Shown here in pieces: positions 32,200 to 41,229 of a DNA stretch of 64,000 nt; the stretch's first letter is position 1; every line of letters starts with the position of its first letter. Source of the stretch: Burkholderiales bacterium (GTDB lineage: Bacteria; Pseudomonadota; Gammaproteobacteria; Burkholderiales; JBBRTU01); the NCBI GenBank assembly GCA_038244115.1, contig JBBRTU010000001.1, positions 150,632-214,631 of the forward strand. Direction: 5' to 3'. Under the pieces are notes generated by a model. It was not told where the DNA came from. It was given only the letters and a program-made list of their open reading frames with translations, and ran no database searches. The position numbers and the translations under genes were made by a program.

Positions 32200-34515
32200 C
32201 TATTCCGCGCCGATGGTTGCCATCTGCGCAGAACAAACTGCCTTGACCTGATCTTTGTATTGCGCTCCCTGAGTTCCGATATCTTCTTTTAAAAGTCCCG
32301 GCGGGAACATGTAGGATTTTAATTCCACCATGCTACCTTCGTCCCATAAGCCCGATAAATCAGGTGCTACGGCAGGCGTTCCACTCAGCTGCCAAGCGGG
32401 TGTCCAGAACTCATGCATGCCTTGGGAGAGCGAAATAGCATCGGATTTCCGCATCGCATAAAGTTTCTTCAGTTTCTCCATAACATGCTCCACCATCTGC
32501 GCGTAGAACTGCACCGTATAAGGGTCAGGCGGGGCGGGATCGGCTTGGAAGCGATACGCATGGAATACTGCACGCTGATAGCTATCAGCAGCATGCTCCA
32601 TATCGTTCAAGGATAGAAAAATATCACCCCGGACGCGGTAGGCATGTGCGATAACTTCGGGATCTTTTTCCGCTACGCCCAATTGCAGCGACTGGTGCAA
32701 TTGATCCAAAGCGATATCGGCCTTGCCGCGCTCGAAGTTCATTTCGGCAAAGTGGTACAGGACCCAAGCCATATCCCAGTGATCGCCGTTTTTGCCGAAA
32801 AGATCCAAAGCCTCTTGGTAGCATATTGCAGCCGTTTCCGGTTGGTTGCACCCGAATCGGTAAACTTCGGCCCGAAAAATATCCGCAAGCCCGCGCACAT
32901 GCCGGCGCGCCTCATCCGGCCACTGGGACGGGTCGCCATCCAGTCCCGCCAATTGCAGCAACTGCACCAGCGCCGTCTCGACCTCGGACCAGGTTGCTGC
33001 ATGACGATCCTCGGTTTCTTTAGGATATGCATCCTGGAATTTACGCACCAGCGTCAGAATTTGCTTGTCGCGCTCCGAGGATTCTTTTTGCTGCCATTCT
33101 TTGATTAGTTGGTCGCAATATGCGAAATCCAAGTAACAACCCCACCACCAAAAAGCGTCGAAGTAAGCAGTGAGAAAAGCCAGGGCCGTGGTCGATTCAT
33201 CGCCGGATTGGCTTAGATAATAGAGCCAATTATTTTTTGCGGCTTGCCACTCCTTGCTCTCGTAGCGGTACCATCCCGCGTAGTCGCCGTCGGCTTTCAG
33301 GCTTTCTTCGATGTCCATCATTTGTTTGCGAAAATATTCGACGGCACGGTGGTAACGGGCCTTCAGCGCCTCCGCCGATAGTTTGCCGCGTATGTATTCG
33401 GCTATCGTCCGCTGCATCGTATAGCGGTTCTCGGGAACGCATTCGATTAATCCCACATCGTTGAGCTTGTACAGCATTTCCCTGTCGACGCCGGCAACCT
33501 CCAGGGCGAGATCCTTGGAGAACGCATGCGGTTTGGGACGCAAAATAGATAGGGCTTGCAAGGCCTGGCGCCCCTCCTCGCCCAACGATTCATGCGAGAA
33601 GCTTAGCTCGATGGCAGCGGCGAGCGCGATGGGTGGGTTGTCGATTCCCTCCGGGTTCTCATAAGCTTCTTGCCGCTTCTTCTCGTCGTGCAACGCTTCG
33701 AGCGCATCTTTTATGCGTTCCGCGTCGCCGGCATACGACGCCAATTTCAGCCGGCTTCCAAGCAGGGTAAGCGCCAAAGGCAACCCCCCGGATGCCTCGA
33801 CCAGTTCCAGTGTCGCCTGGGGTTCCGCTTTGACGACCTCGGGTATGAACTGGCTCAGCAAACTCATCCCTTCTTCGTTGGTCAGCTCACGCACTTTGGT
33901 TGGTTTGCCGGCAAATCTAATCGCGATTTCCGGCATGCGCGAAATGGTCAGATGCCCGCAATGACTGCCCAAGTCCTTAAAGATTTTTGCCGCATCGTAT
34001 TGCCATACATCGTCCACTACCAGCAGCATGCGGCGCTGCCCGATTGCGGACGCGACGATGTCACGCCCCTGCTCTACACTTTGCACCTGCGCCAACTTTT
34101 CTTTGTCCACGTCAAGCGCCCAGGCCCACCTTTTCAATTCTCCCAGAATATCCGGATGGCGCCCCAAGCTTGCCCATAGCACCCCACCCGGAAAATGCGC
34201 CAATACTTCTTTGTCATTTGCCGCTTCGATGGCAAGCGTCGTCTTGCCGACGCCGGGGAGCACCACCAGTGCCTGGCTTTTACCGGTGAACAGCGCGGCT
34301 TTGAGTTCGTTTAGCATTTGCTCATGGCCGACGATGGAGTAGTCCGAGGGGAGGCATGGCGCAAGGAAAGGCACGCTGCGTTCATTTCCGTCGACATGGA
34401 GGACAATAGTACGATTGTCGAAGTAATTATCGACTTTATTGTTATCGCCTATCGTGGGCCCCTGGACAGGCCCTTCGAACGCGATCGGTTTGCTCTGAGC
34501 GGTATCCAAGGTCAT
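32200..34515 (-). CDS. STAND NTPase: N-terminal short signalling motif + NB-ARC + TPR-like repeats (NLR-like)
   Basis: Start moved to MTLDTAQSKPIAFEGPVQGPTIGDNNKVDNYF (ATG at 34515), 10 nt after the upstream stop. Walker A is LPGVGKTTLA and Walker B is RMLLVVDDVW. The long C-terminal helical repeat region has a TPR-like A/Y/L periodicity. Confidence 0.85.
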   Translation of the reverse strand: MTLDTAQSKPIAFEGPVQGPTIGDNNKVDNYFDNRTIVLHVDGNERSVPFLAPCLPSDYSIVGHEQMLNELKAALFTGKSQALVVLPGVGKTTLAIEAANDKEVLAHFPGGVLWASLGRHPDILGELKRWAWALDVDKEKLAQVQSVEQGRDIVASAIGQRRMLLVVDDVWQYDAAKIFKDLGSHCGHLTISRMPEIAIRFAGKPTKVRELTNEEGMSLLSQFIPEVVKAEPQATLELVEASGGLPLALTLLGSRLKLASYAGDAERIKDALEALHDEKKRQEAYENPEGIDNPPIALAAAIELSFSHESLGEEGRQALQALSILRPKPHAFSKDLALEVAGVDREMLYKLNDVGLIECVPENRYTMQRTIAEYIRGKLSAEALKARYHRAVEYFRKQMMDIEESLKADGDYAGWYRYESKEWQAAKNNWLYYLSQSGDESTTALAFLTAYFDAFWWWGCYLDFAYCDQLIKEWQQKESSERDKQILTLVRKFQDAYPKETEDRHAATWSEVETALVQLLQLAGLDGDPSQWPDEARRHVRGLADIFRAEVYRFGCNQPETAAICYQEALDLFGKNGDHWDMAWVLYHFAEMNFERGKADIALDQLHQSLQLGVAEKDPEVIAHAYRVRGDIFLSLNDMEHAADSYQRAVFHAYRFQADPAPPDPYTVQFYAQMVEHVMEKLKKLYAMRKSDAISLSQGMHEFWTPAWQLSGTPAVAPDLSGLWDEGSMVELKSYMFPPGLLKEDIGTQGAQYKDQVKAVCSAQMATIGAE

Positions 34516-34525
34516 GGCAGCAACT

Positions 34526-34927
34526 TTATGGATGCTTTGAGATGTCACCGAAAGTATTGGTGACTGTGTTTTTGTCACCAATAGTCGCGCCATAGACAGG
34601 ACCAGAAAATTGCACGTTGTACTTACCCTGAGAATGACCTTGCGGATCCGCTTGCGCCAATAACACCTGTGCGGCTTTGATGATCTCCTCGTCCTTATCG
34701 GCGGCAATTTTCGTCAACGCACCTCTGACCGGATCTTTCCATACCTCCGGCTCTTTCTCATATTCGCCGAGTGCCATTTCTGCAGCTGGCTCGCTGGAAA
34801 ACTTGCGCTGAATCAGCGCCTTTAGCCCGTGATAGGCATCCTTAACTGCTTCCGTGGCAGTTTCTTTTGCTGCTGCGGTCGCACCGGCCACCAGCGCGGA
34901 AAGAATAAGCGTAATTGGATCCATCAT
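34526..34927 (-). CDS. Small Bell-like/HeLo-analogous protein with C-terminal motif matching the NLR N-terminus
   Basis: 133 aa with a hydrophobic Ala/Gly-rich N-terminal helix MMDPITLILSALVAGATAAAKETATEAVKDAYHGLKALI. The C-terminus NVQFSGPVYGATIGDKNTVTNTFGD aligns with PIAFEGPVQGPTIGDNNKVDNYFDN of the next gene. Confidence 0.6.
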   Translation of the reverse strand: MMDPITLILSALVAGATAAAKETATEAVKDAYHGLKALIQRKFSSEPAAEMALGEYEKEPEVWKDPVRGALTKIAADKDEEIIKAAQVLLAQADPQGHSQGKYNVQFSGPVYGATIGDKNTVTNTFGDISKHP

Positions 34928-35068
34928 TCCTGCTCCTATTGAGGTTGAGAAACTTCAACATTCAATATAGATCATATGCATGAATATACACAGAGCGCAT
35001 AGGAACAAGCCTGGGATTAGCTGCGCGCCAAAATTCACCGAACCCGGACTACCCGGCGAAATTTGCGT

Positions 35069-35790
35069 TTATCCTGTATGACAGTTGACCTGAATCTGCA
35101 GCACAATAAATTCGGCGGGCTTGAGGGGCGCAAAACCAAGCATGATGATCAGCCGGCCATTGTCGATGTCATTTTGAGTCATGGTGCTGCGGTCGGCGCG
35201 CACGAAATAGGCGGCGTCAACCGTTGCGCCGGCCAGTGCGCCCTGGCTGAATAGTTGCAGCATGAAGTCATCAACCACACGTCGCACCTTCTGCCACAGA
35301 TGTTCGTTGTTGGGCTCGAAGACCGCCCATGCCAAACTACGTTCTAGGCTGGCCTCGATACATAAAGCGAGGCGCCGCACGGCACATACTTCCATTCCGC
35401 ATCATTGTTCAGCAGCGTGCGCACCCCAATAGACCAGTTCGCCGGTTTCTTCGACACAAACAGCGGGATTCAGGTAGGTCGGCAAGGGCGCTGTCTCCGC
35501 ATGAGTGGTTGATGTGTATTCTACTCAAGCCCGCCACCCACCATAAGCACCCAAAGTTAGCCACCAAACCCACCGTCTTTCCACCACGTTCGACAGGCAG
35601 TTCGCGACACGCATACGACACTGGCATCAGGCAAAAATCGACACACACCGGCCTGATGACTTTTGCATCATCAATGGCTGGTTGCTTTATAAAGCTGCCG
35701 CTTGGATAGTTTTCTCTGCTAGCTGAAACTTTCGCCATTGCAGCCATTCGATGGCGTAAGCTGAAAATCATCGTGACCGTCCGCTTCTTC
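35069..35790 (-). pseudogene. Contractile-tail sheath protein remnant (C-terminal domain intact, upstream part frameshifted and truncated)
   Basis: The 108-aa ORF reads VRRLALCIEASLERSLAWAVFEPNNEHLWQKVRRVVDDFMLQLFSQGALAGATVDAAYFVRADRSTMTQNDIDNGRLIIMLGFAPLKPAEFIVLQIQ, which is a Phage_sheath_1C-type sequence. Upstream pieces (GELVYWGA / VRTLLNNDAEWKYV) lie in two other frames. The N-terminal ~2/3 of a normal sheath is missing. Confidence 0.6.
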
Positions 35791-35955
35791 AAATTTCGAA
35801 TGCGTACTCCCGTGCCATTGAGACATTCACGAATCGTAAGCTAAGGTCTGGTTATGCGCGTAAAGCAGCCAATCATCATCTGAATAAAGTGCATGCACTA
35901 GCTTTTCTGGTTTTTCCATCCCAACACCTTATCATCTCCAAGGTGTTGCGGTTGG

Positions 35956-38346
35956 CTATTGAGCGCGCCCCGATTCTTGCAGAAGTGCAGTTAGTGCTTT
36001 CGCAGATATCGGCCGGCTAATGAAGAACCCTTGAATCTCGTCGCAGTTCTCATTCCTTAGGAAATCCAGTTGCTCTTGGGTCTCAACCCCCTCAGCAATC
36101 ACCCTGAGGCGAAGACTACGAGCAATGGCAATAATTGCTTTAACCAGGGATGCATCGTCCACATCAGACATCACATCCCGAACAAATGACTGATCGATTT
36201 TAAGCTTGTCGATTGGGAAACGTTTCAGATAACTCAGAGATGAATAACCGGTTCCAAAATCATCAAGTGAAATCGAAATGCCAGCCATCTTGAGATCCGC
36301 AAGCGCAGACCTTACCGGATCAGGATTGTCTATGAGGATGCTTTCGGTAATTTCCAATTCAAGATGCTGAGGATCAAGTCCCGTTTCTTCGAGCACGCTC
36401 ATCACTTGTTGAGCAATCTGACCGTGTTTGAACTGCCGGGAAGAAAGATTCACCGCAACTTTTAATGAAAATTCCAGCTGATCTTGCCAAGTTTTTGCCT
36501 GCGTGCAAGCAGTTCGCAGAACCCACGCGCTGATGGGAATAATGAGTCCGGATTCTTCGGCAACGGGGATAAATTCTGCCGGGGATATCAGACCATGTTC
36601 AGGATGTTGCCAGCGTACCAAGGCTTCCACCCCGGTTACCCGATTGCTTGCCAGATCAAACTGCGGCTGGTAATGCAGAATGAACTCATCACGTTCCAAT
36701 GCTTTTCGCAAGCCAGTTTCCATAGACAAGCGTTTTTCAACTTGGGTGGTCATTTCTGCGGAATAGAATTGAAAATTGTCGCGCCCCTGCGCCTTCGCCT
36801 GATACATAGCGGAATCCGCATCCCGCAGCAGGCTTTCGATATCATTGTCGTCAAATGGATAGCAAGTGATGCCGACGCTAAGCGTCACAAATAACTCATT
36901 GCCTGAAATCATGAAGGGCGGATTGAAACTGGCCAAGAGTTTTTCCGCCACATTGACTGCATGTTCGATATTGGCCATGTCTGCCAATATAACCGCGAAC
37001 TCGTCACCCCCGAATCGAGCAATCGTATCGCTTTCCCGAAAATGGCTTTTCAGCCTTGCAGCCACCGCTTGCAGCAGCCAGTCTCCGGCCTGATGCCCCA
37101 AGGTGTCGTTGACAATTTTGAAGTGATCCAGATCAATGAACATGACGCCAACAAGCAGCTCATTTCGATGCGCCTCAGTGATGGCCAGTGAGAGACGATC
37201 TTTAAACAGCGTGCGGTTGGGTAAACCAGTCAACTCGTCAAAATAGGCCAGATAGTTCAGCCTCTGCTCGGCCCGCTTCTGCTCGGTGATGTCTTGCGCA
37301 AGCGAAGCAACACCAATCACTGCGCCGCTATCGTCAACAAGCGGCGTGTTATACCATTCACACCAAATCAGTTTGCCGTCTTGGGTGACGTTCTCATTAG
37401 TGCTGCGAAATCCCCCTTGTACAGCCAGCAAATCCTGCCAAACTTTATCGATAAGGGGCCGTACACTTTCAGGAAGAATAAGTTCCATAGCGTGCCGCCC
37501 CATGGCTTCGGCTTTCTGATACCCGAAGATGCCTTTTGCGGCGGGGTTCCAGTCTACAACCCTGAAATCGGCATCCCAATCGATTACCGCAAGCGGTGTC
37601 TGTTCAAAATGTAGGGTGAACCTTCGTGTCGATTTTTTAATCAACTCTTCGGCTCGCTTACGATCCGTAATGTCGCGATCAACTCCGCGGTAACCGCGCA
37701 ATGTGCCATCCGCATTGAAAATTGGCACCCCGCTGCTTTCAAGCACCACGACTCGTCCATCTTTATGTTGATTTATATTCTCCAATGCAAAGAATGGCAT
37801 TCGCTCTGCGGCAATGCCTGCAAACCATTGTGAGATTCGTTCGGCTTCCTCGTGTGGCATCAAGTCAAAAGGTTTTTTGCCGACGATTTCTTCAGGATCG
37901 TATCCCAGCAGTTCGCGAATCTTGGGGCTGGCGTAAACATAACGTGTGTCGGCATCGACCTCCCAGATCCAGTCGCTTGAACTTTCAACCAAGGAACGAA
38001 AACGTTCCTCGCTTTCAACGACGGCCGCCCTGGAAGCCCTAAGCCGCCTTTCCTCTCGAACAGTGACTACGTAGAGACCCACCCATAAAAATCCACCAAC
38101 AAGCAACCCGATTCCACCAACAGTTTCAACCTCGTACTGAGCATGTGCATTTCGGCTAGAGTCATCTCGTATTGTCGCCGCCATGCCGATTACTCCATGG
38201 GTGTCGGCAATCTGCTTGGCCATTTCTGCGGTGAACTCTTCTTTCTGATGGAAAAGAGCGTAAGTAAAACCGGAAATAAGTACAATCAGAGATAGTGCCA
38301 GAGGAACCAGAATAGCTGTTTTTAGGCTGACTTTTAGGGAATTCAC
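35956..38346 (-). CDS. Membrane sensor with PAS/PAC domains, GGDEF and EAL domains
   Basis: 796 aa with N-terminal TM helices, repeated PAS-PAC units (DITDRKRAEE, DITEQKRAEQ), GGDEF (RFGGDEF) and EAL (EALVRW ... DDFGTGYSS). Confidence 0.93.
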   Translation of the reverse strand: MNSLKVSLKTAILVPLALSLIVLISGFTYALFHQKEEFTAEMAKQIADTHGVIGMAATIRDDSSRNAHAQYEVETVGGIGLLVGGFLWVGLYVVTVREERRLRASRAAVVESEERFRSLVESSSDWIWEVDADTRYVYASPKIRELLGYDPEEIVGKKPFDLMPHEEAERISQWFAGIAAERMPFFALENINQHKDGRVVVLESSGVPIFNADGTLRGYRGVDRDITDRKRAEELIKKSTRRFTLHFEQTPLAVIDWDADFRVVDWNPAAKGIFGYQKAEAMGRHAMELILPESVRPLIDKVWQDLLAVQGGFRSTNENVTQDGKLIWCEWYNTPLVDDSGAVIGVASLAQDITEQKRAEQRLNYLAYFDELTGLPNRTLFKDRLSLAITEAHRNELLVGVMFIDLDHFKIVNDTLGHQAGDWLLQAVAARLKSHFRESDTIARFGGDEFAVILADMANIEHAVNVAEKLLASFNPPFMISGNELFVTLSVGITCYPFDDNDIESLLRDADSAMYQAKAQGRDNFQFYSAEMTTQVEKRLSMETGLRKALERDEFILHYQPQFDLASNRVTGVEALVRWQHPEHGLISPAEFIPVAEESGLIIPISAWVLRTACTQAKTWQDQLEFSLKVAVNLSSRQFKHGQIAQQVMSVLEETGLDPQHLELEITESILIDNPDPVRSALADLKMAGISISLDDFGTGYSSLSYLKRFPIDKLKIDQSFVRDVMSDVDDASLVKAIIAIARSLRLRVIAEGVETQEQLDFLRNENCDEIQGFFISRPISAKALTALLQESGRAQ

Positions 38347-38979
38347 TTTAATAATCTATTTTGTTTATGCGCTTGGTTTCGCCGAAATTCAGGAAGTGCG
38401 CTGACCCTGATCGTACAATTCTTTTCCCCTTGAGAGCCAGTGCTTATCCAACTGCCACTTATCCGCACTGTAGCTCACTGATTGACAAAATTTTGTGCAG
38501 ATTGTGTAACTGTAGCAACTTTACTCTTTCGATGACAAGAAAAGAAAATCTGATTGGTTAAATAGGCCGCGTAGCTGGAACCAAACTTATGGCCCCGCCC
38601 AATGTCTACACAAATTGCATGCCGTTTGTCCGAAAATGCGCATAGCATATATTGGCCTTGTATCTTTGAGCGGCAGAAGGTGTCGGGAGTACGCATTCAA
38701 GGTTTTGAAGTGCAGATACTCACGTTGATTTTCTGGTTGCCATCCGCGAACGGCTGCTATGGGGAAATTCGCTACCCGAACACCAACGGCGACGAATGCC
38801 TGCTTTTCTAGGATTTAGCTGCCATTCAATTTTGTAAGTTATTGCGCCCATGGATGGCTCCTTATGGCACTAACTGCTCGTCCACCGTGGCGGAACATCA
38901 GCAGAATTTGTGGCCGACTTTGGATGATGATTGGTGGCAGGCTTGGGATTCATTTTGCAGTTGAATCTAGAAATCTATT

Positions 38980-39103
38980 GGTCGCAGATAAAACCGATTA
39001 CCGTTGATAGTTCAATTTATTGAAGAGATGCGCCCCTTCACCCGTTGGGTGCGTACAGATATGCCAGCGACTTCCCGTCCTATCTGCACTTATCTGCGTC
39101 GCC
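38980..39103. repeat. GCAGATAAAA-type palindromic repeat element (second copy)
   Basis: GGTCGCAGATAAAACCGATTACC at the left and CTATCTGCACTTATCTGCGTCGCC at the right. Related to 18259-18350. Confidence 0.7.
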
Positions 39104-39150
39104 TAGAGGCGCCTGCTTTTGGTCCTCTGCGCCCTACTGCTTTTTATTCG

Positions 39151-40371
39151 CTATTGATAACGCAGCGCCTCGATCGGTTCGAGGCGCGCAGCCTTGTTGG
39201 CTGGGTAAAAACCGAAGAAAATTCCCACACCGGCGGCCACCATGAAAGCCATCACTATCGAACTCACGGTGATAACCACGACCGTACCCGATAGCTTATT
39301 GACCAGGATAGCCCCGCCTACGCCAAACACCACACCGACCAGGCAGCCAATGATGGAAATCATGATAGCTTCCAACAAGAACTGCATGAGAATATCCCGT
39401 TGCCGCGCGCCGATGGCCACGCGGATGCCGATCTCACGGGTGCGTTCGGTGACGGAAACCAGCATGATGTTCATGATGCCGATACCACCCACCACCAGCG
39501 ATATCGACGCAATGGCGCCCAGCATCAGCGACATGACGCGGGTAGTTTCCGCCGCCGTGTTGGCCAGTGCGGTCAGATTTCTTACTGTGAAATCGCTGTC
39601 CGCACCTTCCTGTATACGGTGGCGCTGACGCAGCAGTTGGTTGATGGCGCGTTCCGCAGAGACCATCGCCTGGGCGGATACCGCCTGCGCCGAGATGAAG
39701 CGCACGGTTCCCTGGAACTGCGAGCCAAAAAGTTTCCGCTGCGCCGTCGTCACCGGGATGATGACAGTATCATCCTGATCGCGGCCATCGAGGCTCTGCC
39801 CTTTCATGCCAAGCACGCCAATCACCAGGTAAGGGCTTTGCTTTATGCGGATAGTTTTCCCCACTGCATCTTCGTCACCAAAAAGATTCTTGACGACAGT
39901 CTGCCCTAACAATGCAACGCGGGTGGCGGCACGCACATCCGATTCCGTGAAGGGATATCCGGCTGACAGTTTCCAGTCGCGCACTTCGAGATAGCTAGGC
40001 GTCGTGCCGAGCACCTGCGTGCCCCAGTTATTGGGGCCGTATACCAATTGGGCTGAGCCGGGCGCACTCGGCGCTACCGCCGCAATGTTGGGCAGCTCCG
40101 AGATGGCTTGTGAGTCACCGACCGTCAGCGTCGGCACCGCACCCGATCCCATACGCACGCCGCCGGCAGTGGTGGAGCCAGAAAGAATAATGAACAGATT
40201 GCTGCCCATCGAAGCAATGGATTGATCCACCAGATATTGCGCGCCCTGCCCGATCGCCAGCATCAGGATGACCGCACCGACGCCGATCACCATGCCCAGC
40301 ATGGTCAGGAAAGTGCGCAGCCGATTCGCACCCATGGCGCGCCAGGCTTCGCTAAGCATCGGCGCAATCAC
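39151..40371 (-). CDS. MacB-type ABC transporter permease (MacB periplasmic core + FtsX)
   Basis: 406 aa with TM1, a large periplasmic domain, and three C-terminal TM helices (FtsX pattern). Overlaps the ATPase gene by 4 bp. Confidence 0.9.
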   Translation of the reverse strand: MIAPMLSEAWRAMGANRLRTFLTMLGMVIGVGAVILMLAIGQGAQYLVDQSIASMGSNLFIILSGSTTAGGVRMGSGAVPTLTVGDSQAISELPNIAAVAPSAPGSAQLVYGPNNWGTQVLGTTPSYLEVRDWKLSAGYPFTESDVRAATRVALLGQTVVKNLFGDEDAVGKTIRIKQSPYLVIGVLGMKGQSLDGRDQDDTVIIPVTTAQRKLFGSQFQGTVRFISAQAVSAQAMVSAERAINQLLRQRHRIQEGADSDFTVRNLTALANTAAETTRVMSLMLGAIASISLVVGGIGIMNIMLVSVTERTREIGIRVAIGARQRDILMQFLLEAIMISIIGCLVGVVFGVGGAILVNKLSGTVVVITVSSIVMAFMVAAGVGIFFGFYPANKAARLEPIEALRYQ

Positions 40372-41084
40372 AGATGCGCTTCCTCAATATTCTCAACTGG
40401 CCCATCGTGGGCCAGATGGCCGTCCACAAAACGCACCAGGCGATTTGCATACTTGGCGATGTCCGGTTCGTGCGTCACCAGTACCACGGTAATCCCTTCC
40501 TCGCGATTCAGCTTAGTGAACAGGTCCATAATTTCCTGACTGGTTTTGGTGTCCAGGTTGCCGGTTGGCTCATCGGCCAGAATCAAGCGTGGATGGTTGA
40601 TCAGCGCGCGCGCAATGGCTACTCGCTGCTGCTGCCCGCCGGATATTTTGCTTGGCAGGGAAGTGCCATATTTCCCCAGTCCGACCTTGTCCAAAATTTC
40701 CTGAGCACGCTTTTCGCGCTCAGGCCGCTTGATGCCGGCGTATACCAGCGGCAGCCCAACGTTATCCAGCAAATTTGCCCGAGGCAGCAGATTGAAGCCT
40801 TGAAAAACGAAACCGATCACCTGATTGCGCAGCCGTGAGAGCTGATCCTTGCTGAGTTCTCGCACGTCTGTTCCGTTGAGGAAATACGCGCCGCCCGTAG
40901 GCACATCCAAACAACCGAGAACATTCATAAAGGTGGATTTCCCCGAACCGGAAGGCCCCATGATGGCGACAAATTCACCCGGATTTATTTCCAGATTGAT
41001 ATGCTCCAGTGCCGGTACAGGGCCGGCGGCAGTCACATAGTGCTTGCTCAGATCACTGATGCGAATGATTGGCTCGGTACTCAT
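40368..41084 (-). CDS. MacB/LolD-type ABC transporter ATP-binding protein
   Basis: 238 aa with Walker [10 protein letters not shown], signature ISGGQQQR and Walker [13 protein letters not shown]. Confidence 0.93.
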   Translation of the reverse strand: MSTEPIIRISDLSKHYVTAAGPVPALEHINLEINPGEFVAIMGPSGSGKSTFMNVLGCLDVPTGGAYFLNGTDVRELSKDQLSRLRNQVIGFVFQGFNLLPRANLLDNVGLPLVYAGIKRPEREKRAQEILDKVGLGKYGTSLPSKISGGQQQRVAIARALINHPRLILADEPTGNLDTKTSQEIMDLFTKLNREEGITVVLVTHEPDIAKYANRLVRFVDGHLAHDGPVENIEEAHL

Positions 41085-41087
41085 CAG

Positions 41088-41227
41088 GGCACTTCAAGAA
41101 ATTCATTTTGCGGGATGAAGCGCAAGGAGCCGCACAGCGAGCGACGAGACATATCATCAAGATAGGCGAGGAACGAGCGAGCACGCGACGCCGCGATTCG
41201 CCCGCAAAATGAATTTATTGAAGTGCC
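41088..41227. mobile_element. MITE-like 140-bp palindromic insertion with 6-bp direct repeat CATCAG
   Basis: Terminal inverted repeats GGCACTTCAAGAAATTCATTTTGCGGG and CCCGCAAAATGAATTTATTGAAGTGCC match at 26 of 27 positions. They are flanked by CATCAG at 41082-41087 and 41228-41233. Confidence 0.7.
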
Positions 41228-41229
41228 CA

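Noticed and set aside
35900-35955. Hairpin CAACACCTT...AAGGTGTTG downstream of the GGDEF-EAL gene as an intrinsic terminator
   Set aside because: The stem is clear but no U-tract follows on the relevant strand, so it was left uncalled.
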